DNA of 61,030 nt, counting the filler, from Sphacelaria rigidula (taxonomy: Eukaryota), in NCBI GenBank assembly GCA_964200075.2. It is 8 parts of 8 records of this genome, joined end to end, with 100 filler letters (N's around TTAATTAATTAA, not from the genome) between each part and the next. Parts side by side here need not be neighbours in the genome. Positions count along the whole stretch, not along the records: positions 38,208 to 45,748 come from CAXNAA020014428.1; positions 45,849 to 53,389 come from CAXNAA020014429.1; 6 more parts are not named here. The stretch is one strand, 5' to 3'. This document shows, piece after piece, positions 38,550 to 51,534 of this stretch (its first letter is position 1; every line of letters begins with the position of its first letter). The notes beneath the pieces were generated by a model. It saw only the letters and a program-made list of their open reading frames with translations. It made no database searches and had not been told where the DNA came from. The position numbers and the translations under genes were made by a program.

Positions 38550-38668
38550 CCGAATACGTGGTCAAGGTGAACGCTTTCGGGAAGAATTCGGATGTCCGAG
38601 TGCCTTGGGCGGGAGTGCGCCTGCTTAGCGAGGTGGAGAAGGAGCAATGGTTCGAAGACGTTCGACGG
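38550..38668 (+). CDS. Exon resembling the end of a NusG C-terminal (KOW) domain
   Basis: caag| acceptor, CGG|gtgcgt donor. Translates EYVVKVNAFGKNSDVRVPWAGVRLLSEVEKEQWFEDVRR, resembling NusG V.V.IFGR.T.V.L....V. The phase-0 end matches the exon at 42476. The exon is well supported; the NusG identity is tentative. Confidence 0.55.
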
Positions 38669-39349
38669 GTGCGTGATCTGCAGCAGAATTTACCGACGTT
38701 GGGCTACAAATGTTCATGGTTGATCTTAAATTACTTGATTTGAGTGTGCACATCGAGAATAGGATGTTTAGTAGTAGGGCTGACAGTCCCGTGTGCTCCT
38801 CGCGTGCGCAGAGCGCGTTCTCGTTGAAATCGGAGCCATGAGCGCCTATTTGGGGTCTACCAAGGCCGCACGTTGCCTAGAGAATGCTTTGTACCGCCCT
38901 CGTCCGAGGGTTCTCGGTGCACATGCGTTGGGTTAGGGTTAGAGGTAGCGGTACTTGTAAAAATTGTGTCAACCATGGACATTTGTAGCCCAACGCCGTT
39001 CAACTAGCCCCGTGGGCTGAGTGAATTCAGTTTGAGGCGTCCAGTATGTCACACACGTTTTGGCTTGTCATGGTAAAAGTATTACACCCTAGACTGTGCT
39101 CAGCTTCTGTCGTTGTGACTCCCGAAGACATGAAAAAGTGGCTTTTTCGGTAAGTTGTCCAAAATCATGGATATCAAGGCATAACTCATCACGGAAATAT
39201 CAGTTTTTTCGTTTTTGCTCCTCCTGCGTGACATCCTTATTGATGCGGTTATTTTAAGCTATAGAATGCTCCCGTCGCCCAGAGATGAGAGATTTGGCGT
39301 CGAGCCTTTACTAACTATGCAGGCTGGGCCGCTCAAGACACGGACAGGA

Positions 39350-40020
39350 ATGTGAAAACGCGATTTAGCAGCTCAGTTGTGGATCGTTTTTAATGAAATT
39401 TTGACACAATGTACAAGACGTATGCACGAAGACTCCATCTTCTGCCACCCCTATATATATATAGATTTTTTTTTTTGGAGTTATTCACGATTTAGTTCCG
39501 AAATAAACTGTTCTGAAATGCCTGGTCGCCGATAACTCACGGAGAAAAATATACATATATATATTGTGGGCAGAAGGTGGAGTTTTCGCACATATATCGT
39601 GTACATCGTGTCAAAATTTTGATAGGAAACGACCCGAAACTGAGCTGCTCAATCGCGTGTTCGGGTCGAATACTGGTTCCTATGTGGAGATGGACCAGCC
39701 ACGAAGAAATTAGACGCAGTTATGCTGTTCAATTTCGAGTATTTTTCCACGAAATTTTGACACGATGCAAATGACGTATGTTGTGAAGTCCCTGTTGTCC
39801 CCCCTTGACATATATATATATATATATCTTTTTCAATGAGTTGCCGACGCTTTTGTACCAAGAAAATTTGTTTGGAAATTTAGATAACCAATAACTCACG
39901 AGGAAAATAAATAACAAAAGAAGGGGAAACGGTGGGGGCTTCACATGTACCCAATGTATATCGTGTCAAAATTTCATGGAAAACGACTTGAAATCGAGCG
40001 GTGAAATCGCTTTCTCTGTC
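39350..40020. mobile_element. Two tandem ~310-bp MITE copies (about 39350-39665 and 39700-40020)
   Basis: The motif gaaattttgacac.atg occurs in + - + - orientation. Each unit has long imperfect TIRs and an internal (TA)n. Confidence 0.7.
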
Positions 40021-41795
40021 GAGAACTGGGTCACTCGCTTCCAGAATACAACAACCTCAGCCGGAATTTTGACGTTTTCTACAAGCCCGACGCCTTGGGG
40101 CGCTGGAGGTCTCGTCTGCGTGCCATCTCAGACCCTGCGCGCGTACAGTATGACATGCATTGCTGTACAACCACAACTAGTACAGCACCATGACGTTGTG
40201 GCCGCGGCACAACCGACAGTAACCGTGAGCGATTTCAGCCGGTTTCTCCCCGTAATTCCACCGCACATGCCATCCTCAACTCTCTACACTTCGCGGCTGA
40301 CTACAGTTTGGTATTTCGTTTGATGGGAACTTGTCAGAGGGTAGTGCTACGTGAAGTGAAAGACGCGCGTTGATTTGCGGATTACCACGATGTGTCATAG
40401 TAGGCACAACTCGCGATAGGTCGTCAGTTGGAACCGGCTGAAGGAAAGTCCGCTTCTCAGGCGGCCCAGCCTGAATGCCACCGTAATAGCCACTTTCTTC
40501 TGGGGGGGGGGGGGGGAGGGCCTTTCAAAACCCCGCAGAAGGTATCGCACAAGTGCCTGGGGCGGGTTTTCTCCCTCGTGTTCGTGGGGTGGANNNNNNN
40601 NNNGGAAGGGACCCCCCCCCCCCCCGCGGGCCCGGCCCGGCCCGCCCCCACCCTGCCCTTTGTGGGGGGGGGGGGGGGGGGGGAGTACGCTTCATCACTC
40701 CGTAGTAGGTATCGCACAAGTGCCTCGGAGTCGTTTCTCGCCTCGTGTACATGTGGTGGAAGAGATTTTGCATGTACGTGGCGTGCTCGTTCAATATCTG
40801 GTTTACATTCGAACGGTTTCTATATAAGTGGCTATACATCCATCTATGCAGGCCCGCTGTGCCCCGGTCGTCTGAGTTAAAGTTGTATAATGGTTTCCCT
40901 TTCATTTATTTTTTTATTATTATTTTTATTTCTATTTTTATTTTTATTTTTTATTTTTTATCTTCATGTCTCAATCTTTTATGTCGTTCTGTTTTTTATT
41001 TTTTTCAGCGAGCGCTTCAGTTTTGTTGTGTGTTGGGTACGTCTATCATGCAACCACGGCTGGATCCCTGAGGGTCCAGTTGAAGTGCGACAATCAATCA
41101 ATCAATCAAAATGACACCACTAGGTCAGATGAAAACGTGGGTTCGAGTCCCCCCAGACGCGTTTCTATAATCCGGCTTCATTTTTTTTTCTTCTTTTTCT
41201 CCAAAAGTAGCTGATTACCGTCTCCGGATTTTTTATTTATTTGTGTGACAGAGTTTGTTTGAGGACAGCCGATGGGGTGCAGGAGTGCCGATGGTCATGA
41301 TCCAACCTGCTATATCGAAATGCGAGGCGTGTACCGGGGGAAATATGGGCTGATCCCTTGAGACCACGGACTCGTCCCGACGGAGGAAGGGGACTAGAAG
41401 TGAGACGATAAGACGGGGAAAATAAATGGCGCACCGCCCGATGGTTACACTCCCTGCATACAGATAGACATGGCACAGGTCGGAGTTATCGCACAGGGGT
41501 GCTGTAAGGAATCAAGTTAGTGGTGGTTTTAGAAAGCGATTCCACACTGTGCGATGACTCGCACGTTTGCGGTACTTGACCATTTTTGTTTCTTCTGGTG
41601 ACTCGTAAAGTTCTGAGGTGGCCAGCTCTGTGCGATCACTCGCACTTTTGCGGTATTTCACTCTCTTTTTTTTCTGGCGGCTTGTTGAATTCCGAGGTGG
41701 CCAGCTCACATCCTGCGAGAGATGGTGAAACCAATCCTTCGCGAAGATTAACTTTGATTCGTTGCGTGTGTGTAACGGTCCAAGATTGTGTTCCG

Positions 41796-42306
41796 TAGGG
41801 CACGGGTATGTCCGGTACGGTATTAGGATTTTCATGAAACTTGAAGAACTGTAAGGTACCGGTATGGAGGGAAAGTGTCAAAGAACTTACAGATCTTTCG
41901 GGTACTGGTATGGAGGGACGACCTCCAGAACTCACGGAACCTGCCGGGTACGGAATAGAGGTGGTACAGAAACCATCGTACCTGCAACCGGTTATTTCTA
42001 AGAGAGTACAGTTGAACCCAAGGCAAGAGTGAACGTTTCGTGCAGATGTTGCAGAACGCACGGGTACTGGTGTAATAGGCTTCCAAAATTGACAGGCCTG
42101 TTGGCCACGGGAAATACTCGGGTAAATACCCCGTATATACAATAAATCACACCTTACAGAACTCACGGACATGTCGGGTACTATTGAATACCCGGGTGAA
42201 GACGCCGGGTATTGAAGAAAACCGCACCCTACAGAACTCACGGACATGTCGAGTACAGGTAAGTACCCGGGTGAAAATCCCGGGTATTAAAGATAATCGC
42301 GCCCTA
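41796..42306. mobile_element. hAT-like non-autonomous element rich in GGGTA/acagaactcacgga sub-repeats
   Basis: Termini tagggcacgggtat ... ataatcgcgcccta, with many internal degenerate repeats. Confidence 0.5.
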
Positions 42307-42475
42307 CAGATCGCAACCTATTATTAGTAACGGTCAACGTTTCTGGTGCTAAACACGTGCTAGAAAATAACATCATATATTTTTCTCGTCTTGCAAAATG
42401 CGTCCAACCCCCTCCCTTCCCCTTCGCACCCCCGCTCACCATCGCTCCATGTCCTGACCTCCATCGCCCGCCAAG

Positions 42476-42909
42476 GCACTGGATGCGTCGTACATGGAAA
42501 AAGCTCGAGAAGAGGAAGCCAGGATACGAGAAAGGCAGGAAGGACGGGGATGGAGGTCCGGCGCGGCTGCCTCGGCACCAAACGCTGACGGTTCCTTCGG
42601 CGGTGGGGACAACTTGTCGGATTTTTTTGCTGTGCCACCGAAACCCCGGGGTCCTGGCGATCAAAGCGATGATGGCGGTGATTTTGACGTGTTTGCTGAC
42701 TTTGCTGATTATAGTCCTCCAAAGGGCAACGAGGTCGACGGAAGGGGCAGGAGAGGGGGGGCGGGGCGGCAAGGTTCGCGTGGGTTCGGTGGCCCGGGGA
42801 AAGGGGTGGGAGGAGCTGGCCGGGCGGGTGATGGGGATGTTGCCGCGAGGAAGTTTATGGAGACAGACCGTGCTTTGTTCGAGAGGGATCCCGAGGATGC
42901 TGCGTTCAG
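42476..42909 (+). CDS. Gly/Asp/Arg-rich exon, probably the same gene as 38550-38668
   Basis: Pyrimidine-rich tract with caag| acceptor, AG|gtgaag donor. Open frame ALDASYMEKAREEEARIRERQEG...MEtDRALFERDPEDAAF. Confidence 0.7.
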
Positions 42910-43430
42910 GTGAAGAGTGTAGTTGTTGTTGTTGTTGTCGTTTTTCGTGAGCTGTTGTGCTTCGTTATTATTGCAAGGGTCGGACAGATCAATGATTCGT
43001 CTAAAAATATTTGGTTTCAGTGTAGTTGATTCGAATTGTACGAATCAATCCCTTGGCCTTGTTTTCAGCGTTTCAAATCAGGTACACGCGGCCCAGACAC
43101 GTGAAAAAAAAGTTATTGCTACTGATATCATCATTTTATCACCACTACTGACTGTAATAGTGATGATTAGTTTCATAATCTCATCTGTCTCGCAATTGTT
43201 GCTGAATTCCACCCCTTTTGTTTATTATTGGTATTTTTTTTGTGCTATTCATTTGTAAACTAGATTATTTATTGATGTCGTTATTTATTTCTTGTTGCAG
43301 TCGTGATGAATTGCATATCTCATCACCAAAACTATTGCTCTCGTAAAAGTTGCACTGCCCGGTGGAATGGTAACGTACCGGAAGTGTCTGTCCAGGACTC
43401 ACCATCTTTCAACCACCATCACACACTGTT

Positions 43431-43640
43431 AGAGGTATCTCAAACTCGGTTCCCGGTTTTGTCGGGTTTTTTGCTCTATTTTTTCAAGGGAACGTGGTGG
43501 CGATTCATCAGATGATGAGACCCCTTGACCGCCAGGTCAGGACTCCTACGAGTGGCCATCACTTTCACTCGAAAAAAAAGTGCAAAACCCAGAGCCAGCG
43601 GATAAACCAGGATACCGGGAACCGAGTTTGAGAGACCTCT
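43431..43640. mobile_element. Small MITE-like inverted repeat
   Basis: agaggtatctcaaactcggttcccgg ... ccgggaaccgagtttgagagacctct. Confidence 0.6.
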
Positions 43641-44172
43641 TTTTGCTGTTGCTATTGCTATTGCTATTGTTTTTACCATATCATCGGAGGTGCTGCAACG
43701 AGGAGCCGGTGGGATGTTATACCATCGCATCTAAGTCAGCCCTTTCGTCAGTGCATGCATACTCAAGCGCGAATATTCTAAGAAATAGCACTTTGAGAAA
43801 ATACCTCCCCTGGTTTTGAGGTATGAAGTTAGCCCTGCATGAAGATTTGACAGAAAAAAAAGGGCCAACGTCACAGTAGGGTATACCATGGTGCATTAGC
43901 GACAAACCTGGGTACCCTCTTTGTTTGGAGGAGAAATGAGAGCAGCTGATTGGCCAACGACCACTTTCACCCGACGGCGGCGGTAGACGGCCATGGTATA
44001 CTCTGCTGTGACTACTTTTCTCCCAATTGTACTCTTGCTTTTGGAAATTGTACCCACATGTGACGGGAAATCAGTCACTTCCATCGGCCATCTTCGAGGC
44101 AACAATCGCTTCCCTCTCCCAGCAAAGGGCCCCAAAATACAGATCTTACCGCTGCAAACAACCATGCAGCCC

Positions 44173-45748
44173 GTGCAGAATATCGTGACCACGGATTTCC
44201 CATCGGTCACTTTGGCTGAAGGAATCACTTCCCCCTCCCAGCAAAGGGCCCCAAGATACAGATCTTACCGTTGCGAACAACCGCGGCACCCCACTCCATG
44301 CCGTTCGCACGGATCTTCCACTCCCCTCTACACACACCACATATCACATACTGTACCCGCTGCTTGCTGTACACAGCTTGCTGTGCCCAAAACCGTATGT
44401 AGTAAGGAGGAGTGATGCCCACGGGGCATTCACGATATAGCGTCGTGTGTCCTGCTGCGATAGTAGTAGTACTACTGCCGTACACGCTACTATGTAGAGT
44501 ATCACTAAGGAGTGATGTGTGTAAAACGCTTCGTTATACGAAGCTGTGTATTTTTAGGGAGGTATATAGACTGCAGTGCTTGCTGTCACAACAGCAGGTC
44601 TATCTTTACCTCTCCTGTTCTCTCTATATGATGGCCATTTTGTTGAGGATTGTCCACGATAGGTAACCGCCGGAGGTTTCTGAGCCCTCGTCTCTCCGCA
44701 GACAGCGCCCGGGATAGGTTGACAGTGAAGTGTACATGAACACCGGAGTGAGGCGGGAGGCGAGGGAGTAGCCTTGCACCTCGCCTTGGAGAAGACGACA
44801 GCCCAGAAACCAGTAAAGCCCATATAATGTGATGATGGTAGTGGGTGCGACACCCTTGACCTCGGAGCTACACATAGGACCGTAACTCCAACAACGCTTG
44901 CTGACATCGGTGTAGCCGGCAGCCCGAGGAATCTTTCTCGTGGCTAAAAGTTCCCTATGGATAAAATCGAGAAGTACGGTGGGTTCTGGACAGAACCATG
45001 AAGCATGTTGGGTTTGCAGGACTGGGACTGACATTGTTGTCGAGTACGAAATACCTAGAGAATACTATGGGGTGGCATGGAATGAAAACATCGAAAACAA
45101 TATACGGAGACGTACTAATATCATGCAAAAGAAGGCAGGGTGCTTCCGCCTGGAGTCGTGCGCCTGCACACGGCTCGCGGATAAAAAACGCACGCATGTC
45201 CCTGTGTGCGTGTAGCCAATTGTAACTACTGCTGCATCCCTTCCCGGAAATAATTCGGGTGTAAATGACCATGTATATCAACGATATCTGAGGCCTGATT
45301 GCTTGAAAGAGAGAAAAAGAGACCTGCTGTTGTGACAGCAAGCACTGCAGTCTATATACCTCCCTAAAAATACACAGCTTCGTATAACGAAGCGTTTTAC
45401 ACACATCACTCCTTAGTGATACTCTACATAGCAGCGTGTACGGCAGTAGTACTACTACTATCGCAGCAGGACACACGACACTATATCGTAAATGTCCCGT
45501 GGACATCACTCCTCCTTACTACATACGGTTTTGGGCACAGCAAGCTGTGTACAGCAAGCAGCGGGTACAGTATGTGATTTGTGGTGTGTGTAGAGGGGAG
45601 TGGAAGATCCGTGCGAACGGCATGGAGTGGGGTGCCGCGGTTGTTCGCAACGGTAAGATCTGTATCTTGGGGCCCTTTGCTGGGAGGGGGAAGTGATTCC
45701 TTCAGCCAAAGTGACCGATGGGAAATCCGTGGTCACGATATTCTGCAC
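44173..45748. mobile_element. Young element with long inverted arms (44173-44601 and 45320-45748, 429 bp each, right arm cut by the contig end) around a 718-bp core
   Basis: The arms are reverse complements with only a handful of substitutions. The internal sub-repeat cccagcaaagggcccca.aatacagatcttaccg also occurs just left of the arm. Confidence 0.85.
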
Positions 45749-45904
45749 NNNNNNNNNNNNNNNNNNNNNNNNNNNNNNNNNNNNNNNNNNNNTTAATTAA
45801 TTAANNNNNNNNNNNNNNNNNNNNNNNNNNNNNNNNNNNNNNNNNNNNGTTGTGCGGAAACGACGTCACCACTCAGCAGCAACACTGTGGAGGGGGCGCG
45901 CACA

Positions 45905-46239
45905 AGTACGGTGCGCGCCCCCTCCACAGTGTTGCTGCTGAGTGGTGACGTCGTTTCCGCACAACACGTCTCCCACAGGTGAAGTGGATGGCTCAGGAGC
46001 AAAGCCCGCTCCACAGAGCTAGCCTGAACTGGTCTTTCGACCGTACTGCGCCCGTACGTCCCAAATCCCGAGCGCGTGGTGAGATACGTCTCACCACCTG
46101 ACTTCTTCTCACCGCCCGCGGGCAGTGCCCCGTGCACTAATCGAGACATCGCTGCCTTTGCTTCATACAAACTGCCTCTAAAGTCCGCGTCGTCCCCGGT
46201 CGCTGTTGGGGGTATGACCGCGTCCCTTGGTGCTGCCAT
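45905..46239 (-). CDS. Probable first exon of an unidentified gene, truncated by the contig edge
   Basis: aagATGGCAGCA start context. Open frame MAAPRDAVIPPTATGDDADFRGSLYEAKAAMSRLVHG...ERALLLSHPLHLWETCC. Confidence 0.45.
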
Positions 46240-47499
46240 CTTGGTCGAATGTTTGGACCACAAGCCGTTGGCAAATCAAATGGACTCTAGAGTGTTCCTT
46301 GATACGTGATCCGTAAACAGGGACAGCTAGACACGACAGATGAAGTCGATCAAAGGACACGGCTGAGCCGATCATGTTGTTGTAGAGGAGTGGTATTACA
46401 TAGCTTGACTAAGCAAGTCATGGAAGGAAAGAGAACGAAGTGAACTCGTGTGGCTAGCCAACATCGTGGTTAGCGGAGTTCTCAGACAACGCGTACGTGA
46501 GTACAAGACATACGCCTACTATGGTATCAAATCCCACTGCATGTAACTGTCACAACCCGTGAAGACGGATACCTCTGTACCGTGGCTGATCAGTACTGCA
46601 GGCAACACTGAAAAGGCTGTTCACCTCAACACAGCCCCGATATTGCAACAGTACGGTGTTACACAACACCCTGCATCACAAAAGACCGGCGCGTTGTGAG
46701 TCCAGTTATTGTGTCGATGCGGAGAGAGTCGGGAACCATTTCGGGGAGAAAGGGGCGTGGTCGTTGTGGTGTCCGTGAACGGCGAATGAGCGGGAAAAGA
46801 GCCCAATGTGTGGGCGCCACGGTTGGAGTTGGTGCCTACACTCCCTTGCGCGCGATGTGCCGCATCAGGTACAGTGTAGAAAGCGATGGCCTAGCACAGG
46901 TACGTTCTCCGCCGATCGGTGGCCCAGATGAGGTATGATTGAAAAAGAATTCCTGAATGAGGTATACCTGGTGAATGTTCGGCCTAGAAAGGAGAAGCGG
47001 TTCCTGAAGGCGAGACGTCCGTTTTCGCGTGGCCATATATCGCGAGTAACATGTTTTTTTCCCGTTTTGTTTTCGAGGCCCGGGTGCCGAGGAACCCTCC
47101 GAGTGATGTGCGTGAAGAATTCGGAGCGAAAATGGTTTGAATCCCGTGTTTTGCTGCTTTTGCGTTTCTGGCCGTTCTTCGTACCTTTCTTGAACAAAAA
47201 AACGAGCAGGTATACCTTTTCTAGGCCATTGCCCAGAGCTGAACATCTTGGCGTGAATTTTTTATTTTGCCCTACCCGTTTTTCTGGGTCCGAGTTTTTA
47301 AAAGTGTTCTCTCCCCCCTATTTTTGGGTTAGTGAGCCTGTGACCACGGAAGGTATCTGCATCAGATGCCCAGTACAGAGTACTGCAGATATCCGAACGG
47401 TTTTTGGAGCGAAGATAGCAACAACAACAACAATAACAACAACAAATGATTCGTATGAGATTTCAAAGCACCACTCTCGAAACCGAGCTTGTGAGGCCG

Positions 47500-48560
47500 T
47501 TTCTTTTGGCGATAAAAGTATAACTGTGGCAAACTGGCCTCTTGAATCTTCTTCGTCATTCCACGCCCCAAAAGAGGGCTGGGCGGATTTTGACTCCTTG
47601 CAGTGCCTCGCTGTACTCGTTGGGGCGGGTCCAGGACACTATTGTGTTTTCCGGTGGCCGCAGTCTCTTTTCACCAAACTTGCGTTTTTTTCGGAGACCG
47701 CTTATTTGTTGGAGATCAGTCAAGTCCAGCAAATATAATCTTCGAGAAAAATGCAAGTTTGATGAAAAACACTGCGACCACTGAAAAATGCACTGGTGTT
47801 CGAAGTTTGTTCTGTTCCAGGACTTGACCGGTCTCGACAAAAATGAGTAGTCTCCGAGAGAAATGCAACTTTGGAGAAAAAAACTGCGGCCAACGGAAAC
47901 GCAATTGTGTCCTGGAACCGCCCCAACGAGTGCAGCAAGGCATTCAAAGGTATCAAAATCCGTCCAGCACTATTTTCGGGCGTAGGCGCCTTACGCCGCT
48001 TCTGATGGCAATCAAAAATAAAAATCTGAAAAACTACCGTTTGGGATCTTCTGCGTTGTTGTATTCCCTGAAATAATACTGAGCAGATTTTGACCCCTGG
48101 GAATGCCTTACTGTACCCCTTGGGACGGTTCCAGGACACCATCGTATTTTCCGATGGTCGCAGGGTTGTTTCGGCCAAGATTGTATTTATCTCGGAGATC
48201 GCTCATTTTCCCCGGAGACCCGTCAACTACAGAAAAGTAGTCTCCAAGAAAAACGCAAGTTTGGTCAAATACAAAAACTTCGGCCACCGGAAAATAATTT
48301 CTTCCTGACTTGGTCGATCTCCGAGAAAAATGAACGGTCTCCGAGAAAAATGAGGGGTGTCCGAGAAAAACGAGCGGTCTCCGACAAAATGCAAGTGTTG
48401 CCAAAAATGAGAACTGCGGCCACCGTCAAACACCAAGGTATCCTGGAACCGTCCCAACGAGTACAGCAAGGCATTCCAGGGTGTCGAATTCCGCATATCC
48501 CTATTCTGAGGCGTGAAACAACGCAGAAGATTCAAAGAGGCAGTTTCTCAGCTTTTCGTT
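47500..48560. mobile_element. Tandem pair of diverged foldback/MITE units
   Basis: The motif cctt.ctgtactcgttgggacggttccaggacac occurs in + (~47600), - (~47910), + (~48105) and - (~48440) orientation, with ctccgagaaaaa sub-repeats. Confidence 0.65.
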
Positions 48561-51534
48561 TGCCATAAAAAGTGCCCTTAGACCATCTTTTATGGCAACG
48601 AATCTCGATTTGTTTAGATCCCGATTTCTTCATAATCGGGAGGACCCAAATTCGCGAACTCAAAATCGGGGGGATCGTTTTATGGCTTCACAGATTTGTG
48701 AAATGATTCTGTACACACTCATTTTCTGCATGAGTTGCGTGAAGCCGAAGAGCAGGCGGGCGGTGAATAACCCTTCGAGTACAATGTCGCACCATGGTAC
48801 CCTAGGGTAATACAGTGCAGGACACTCCATCATAACAGCGCATGATAATGTCATGTGGTAATACACGATGGCACATTCGGTATTGCGAGGACAGTGAAAA
48901 AACAGTGTGCGAGAAGAGTTCAGTAGTACAGTGCCATACACCACTCTGCAAGTACAGCGACAACAGACTACGATGGTACATTACACAACACCGTTCGTTG
49001 TACAGTAGTGATGGACACGGCATCGCAGTGCAACATAAAATATTACCTTCGCCTTCTCACCCGCTTGTCAAACCCCGTCCGAGCCTGCTTCAGCAGCTGG
49101 CGCGGGCAGGCACGCCCTGCGCTGTCACGAGACTGTCTTCTGCTGCGGTTGCAAAAATATTAAAACGCCTCTTACTCCACCGTAGTACGCCAGTGTGCGT
49201 ACGTCATCTCCTCAAAATCGGGGGGCCCTCAGCTCCCCCTCGATTTTTCGGAATCGTTCTGAGATCGTGACACCCCGATTTTTTTCCCCCGGTTTGGTCC
49301 AAATCGGGGTCCATAAAATGCGTTCCTCGATTTTTTTCCCCTAATGTTCGAAAAAATTGAGATTGGTGACTTCCAGAAAAGATGGTCTTACGCGTAAAAA
49401 AAATAGTGCCACAAGTATCGCAGACCAAAAAAGCACATTTCAACACTCTTTCATAGATCAAAAGTGGCCTAAATCCAGAGTTAGTGCATCTATTGCAATA
49501 TCTTGAATTCATTTTGAAATCTTTTTGAAACCATATATTCTCTATGGATAACGAAGTAGGTCAAAGTGAGAACATCGATCGTTCCCCCGTGCCCCAAGGA
49601 ATGTCTACACCAAAAATCAGCGACATTTGCTGATTATTTTGTGACGGGGTTTCGTGAAGACTTTAGTATAGAGATATCTCCGCACGTCACGGGATCTACT
49701 CGAAATGGCTTCTAATCAACGAGAAGGCATCTGACCGGGCTGTTGAGTAGATGGGCAGATTCTCAATAATTCTTCGGATTAAGAAGATGTGTACATCATG
49801 GCACACTTGGTCTGCGTCGATGTGACATGGCCGTGACAGTTTTAATCCGTGTATAAACTGGCCCGGTTTGAACAACTGCAGCTTTGTGGTGCTCACTTTC
49901 CTGTGTATGCTGTAGCAAGCGACGAGCCGATTTGGTTTTCAAGCCGAAAGGATCTCGAGGTCGGGCTCCTCGCCAAGGAGTCTTTCGGCTGGTCTTCGAC
50001 GGACTTTGTTTACTTGCAGTTCATGTTCACCCATCCTCGCCGACACCCAGGTCTTCCGAGATTACGGTCTGTGCTTTCCCAACAGGGCGTGTTTTTCAGC
50101 GTGTATCTGATCGAAACTCAGAATCGGCTTTGTTACGGCTTGTGAAATGCGTCTGCCGATTTCCTGGAGACTTTGAAGTATGTTTTCGTCTCCGTGGGTA
50201 CCTGGGGATGTTGTTTGCTGGTTGGCTATCGCTTGGCATTCATTTAGCTCATTTCGTGTGTTGGCAGATCTGATTCGTTTCTTTGTTTTGCCGTACCCCG
50301 ACCAACTCGGGGGAGGCTTTAGCTCTTCTGTTTTCTTGACCTCTTTTATTGTTTGTTCTCATTGTTTTTTGTTTTTTTTTCTTTTAAGTCTCAGAAGAGA
50401 CCACTCAATGGGTACTTCTACCTCGTGTTCGGAGTAGTGGTGACGGTACTGAAAAGGCGAACGTACGTCTGTGAAAACGGGTTCGAGAGATTAGGCTAAT
50501 GTGCAGAAAAAATAATAATAATTAATGCGAGGGGTTGCGTGGGCTGGAATTTCTCAAACCCTTTCATCACAGAAATTGAAACGCTACTCCCCTTTGGGTA
50601 CGAGAGTAATGAGCTCCCCGTCTGGAGGGGATGTTTCAAGTTTTGGACACCAAAAGGTTGAAACAAAGAACGAAGCAATTTGTTGCGTCGACTGATGTGT
50701 ATGTAGTTCACGCCTCCTCACATGGTAACGTGCGCCTTGCGCCTCCGTCACAGCAGTGGTTGATTTCACGACTTCAGTGGCTCCAAGGAAACCAGGTAAA
50801 TCAATGTCGTTGACACATGAGCGAAGCCGGTGGCCATCATGCTGGATGGTCAAACGCGTGACAGCTTGGGCTGATAACCGAACGAGCCGACGGGGCTATA
50901 TGACAATTCATACCCAAAAGGACACGGTACGGCTGCCGACGATGATCTGGGAGCCCGCATCACCCCCACCTCCATGAGCTTCCCGCGAGGGGGTTACAGG
51001 CAATACGTGTCGGGGTGTACGCCACGGAGTAGTGCAGCACAAGATAATAAAGGATGACACCAAATACCATACGCTCAGGACGCATATCGCCCTCTACAAA
51101 CCCCGTTCCCACGGAAAAAACACTGAAAATCAACGTTTGGGACCTTGGTATATTATTTCGATGTTACATATCCCTCTCTTGTGCGGGTACGGGGATTTGA
51201 CGATCTGTACATACCAAGCTTTGCTATGTGCCACATCGGCCGATGCCCTGACGCCGACATGTCGCGGGGATGTCGAGGGCTGTGTCTTTAGGGCGCCAGG
51301 CGAGGACGCAAGTCCGATCACGTTTAGGTCACGATACATTGGACAAAAACCTAAAGGTTTCGCACTTTTATGACCGGTAACGACAAAGTGGAGATATTCG
51401 CACCAGCTGCCGAAACGATACTATGACGCCAAACGGCGCACGTGCGTGCGAGAATTCTACAGCATTATGCAGCTCGCACGCACTGTTAACCCTCGCCTCA
51501 TATGGAACCAGGTGAATCAAAGGGCATCGTATTA

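Noticed and set aside
45849..45965. Perfect 55-bp inverted repeat with a 7-nt loop (possible hairpin telomere, miRNA or terminator)
   Set aside because: It starts exactly at a contig edge, has zero mismatches, and mirrors the adjacent probable coding exon. This is typical of a fold-back chimeric read or assembly artefact.
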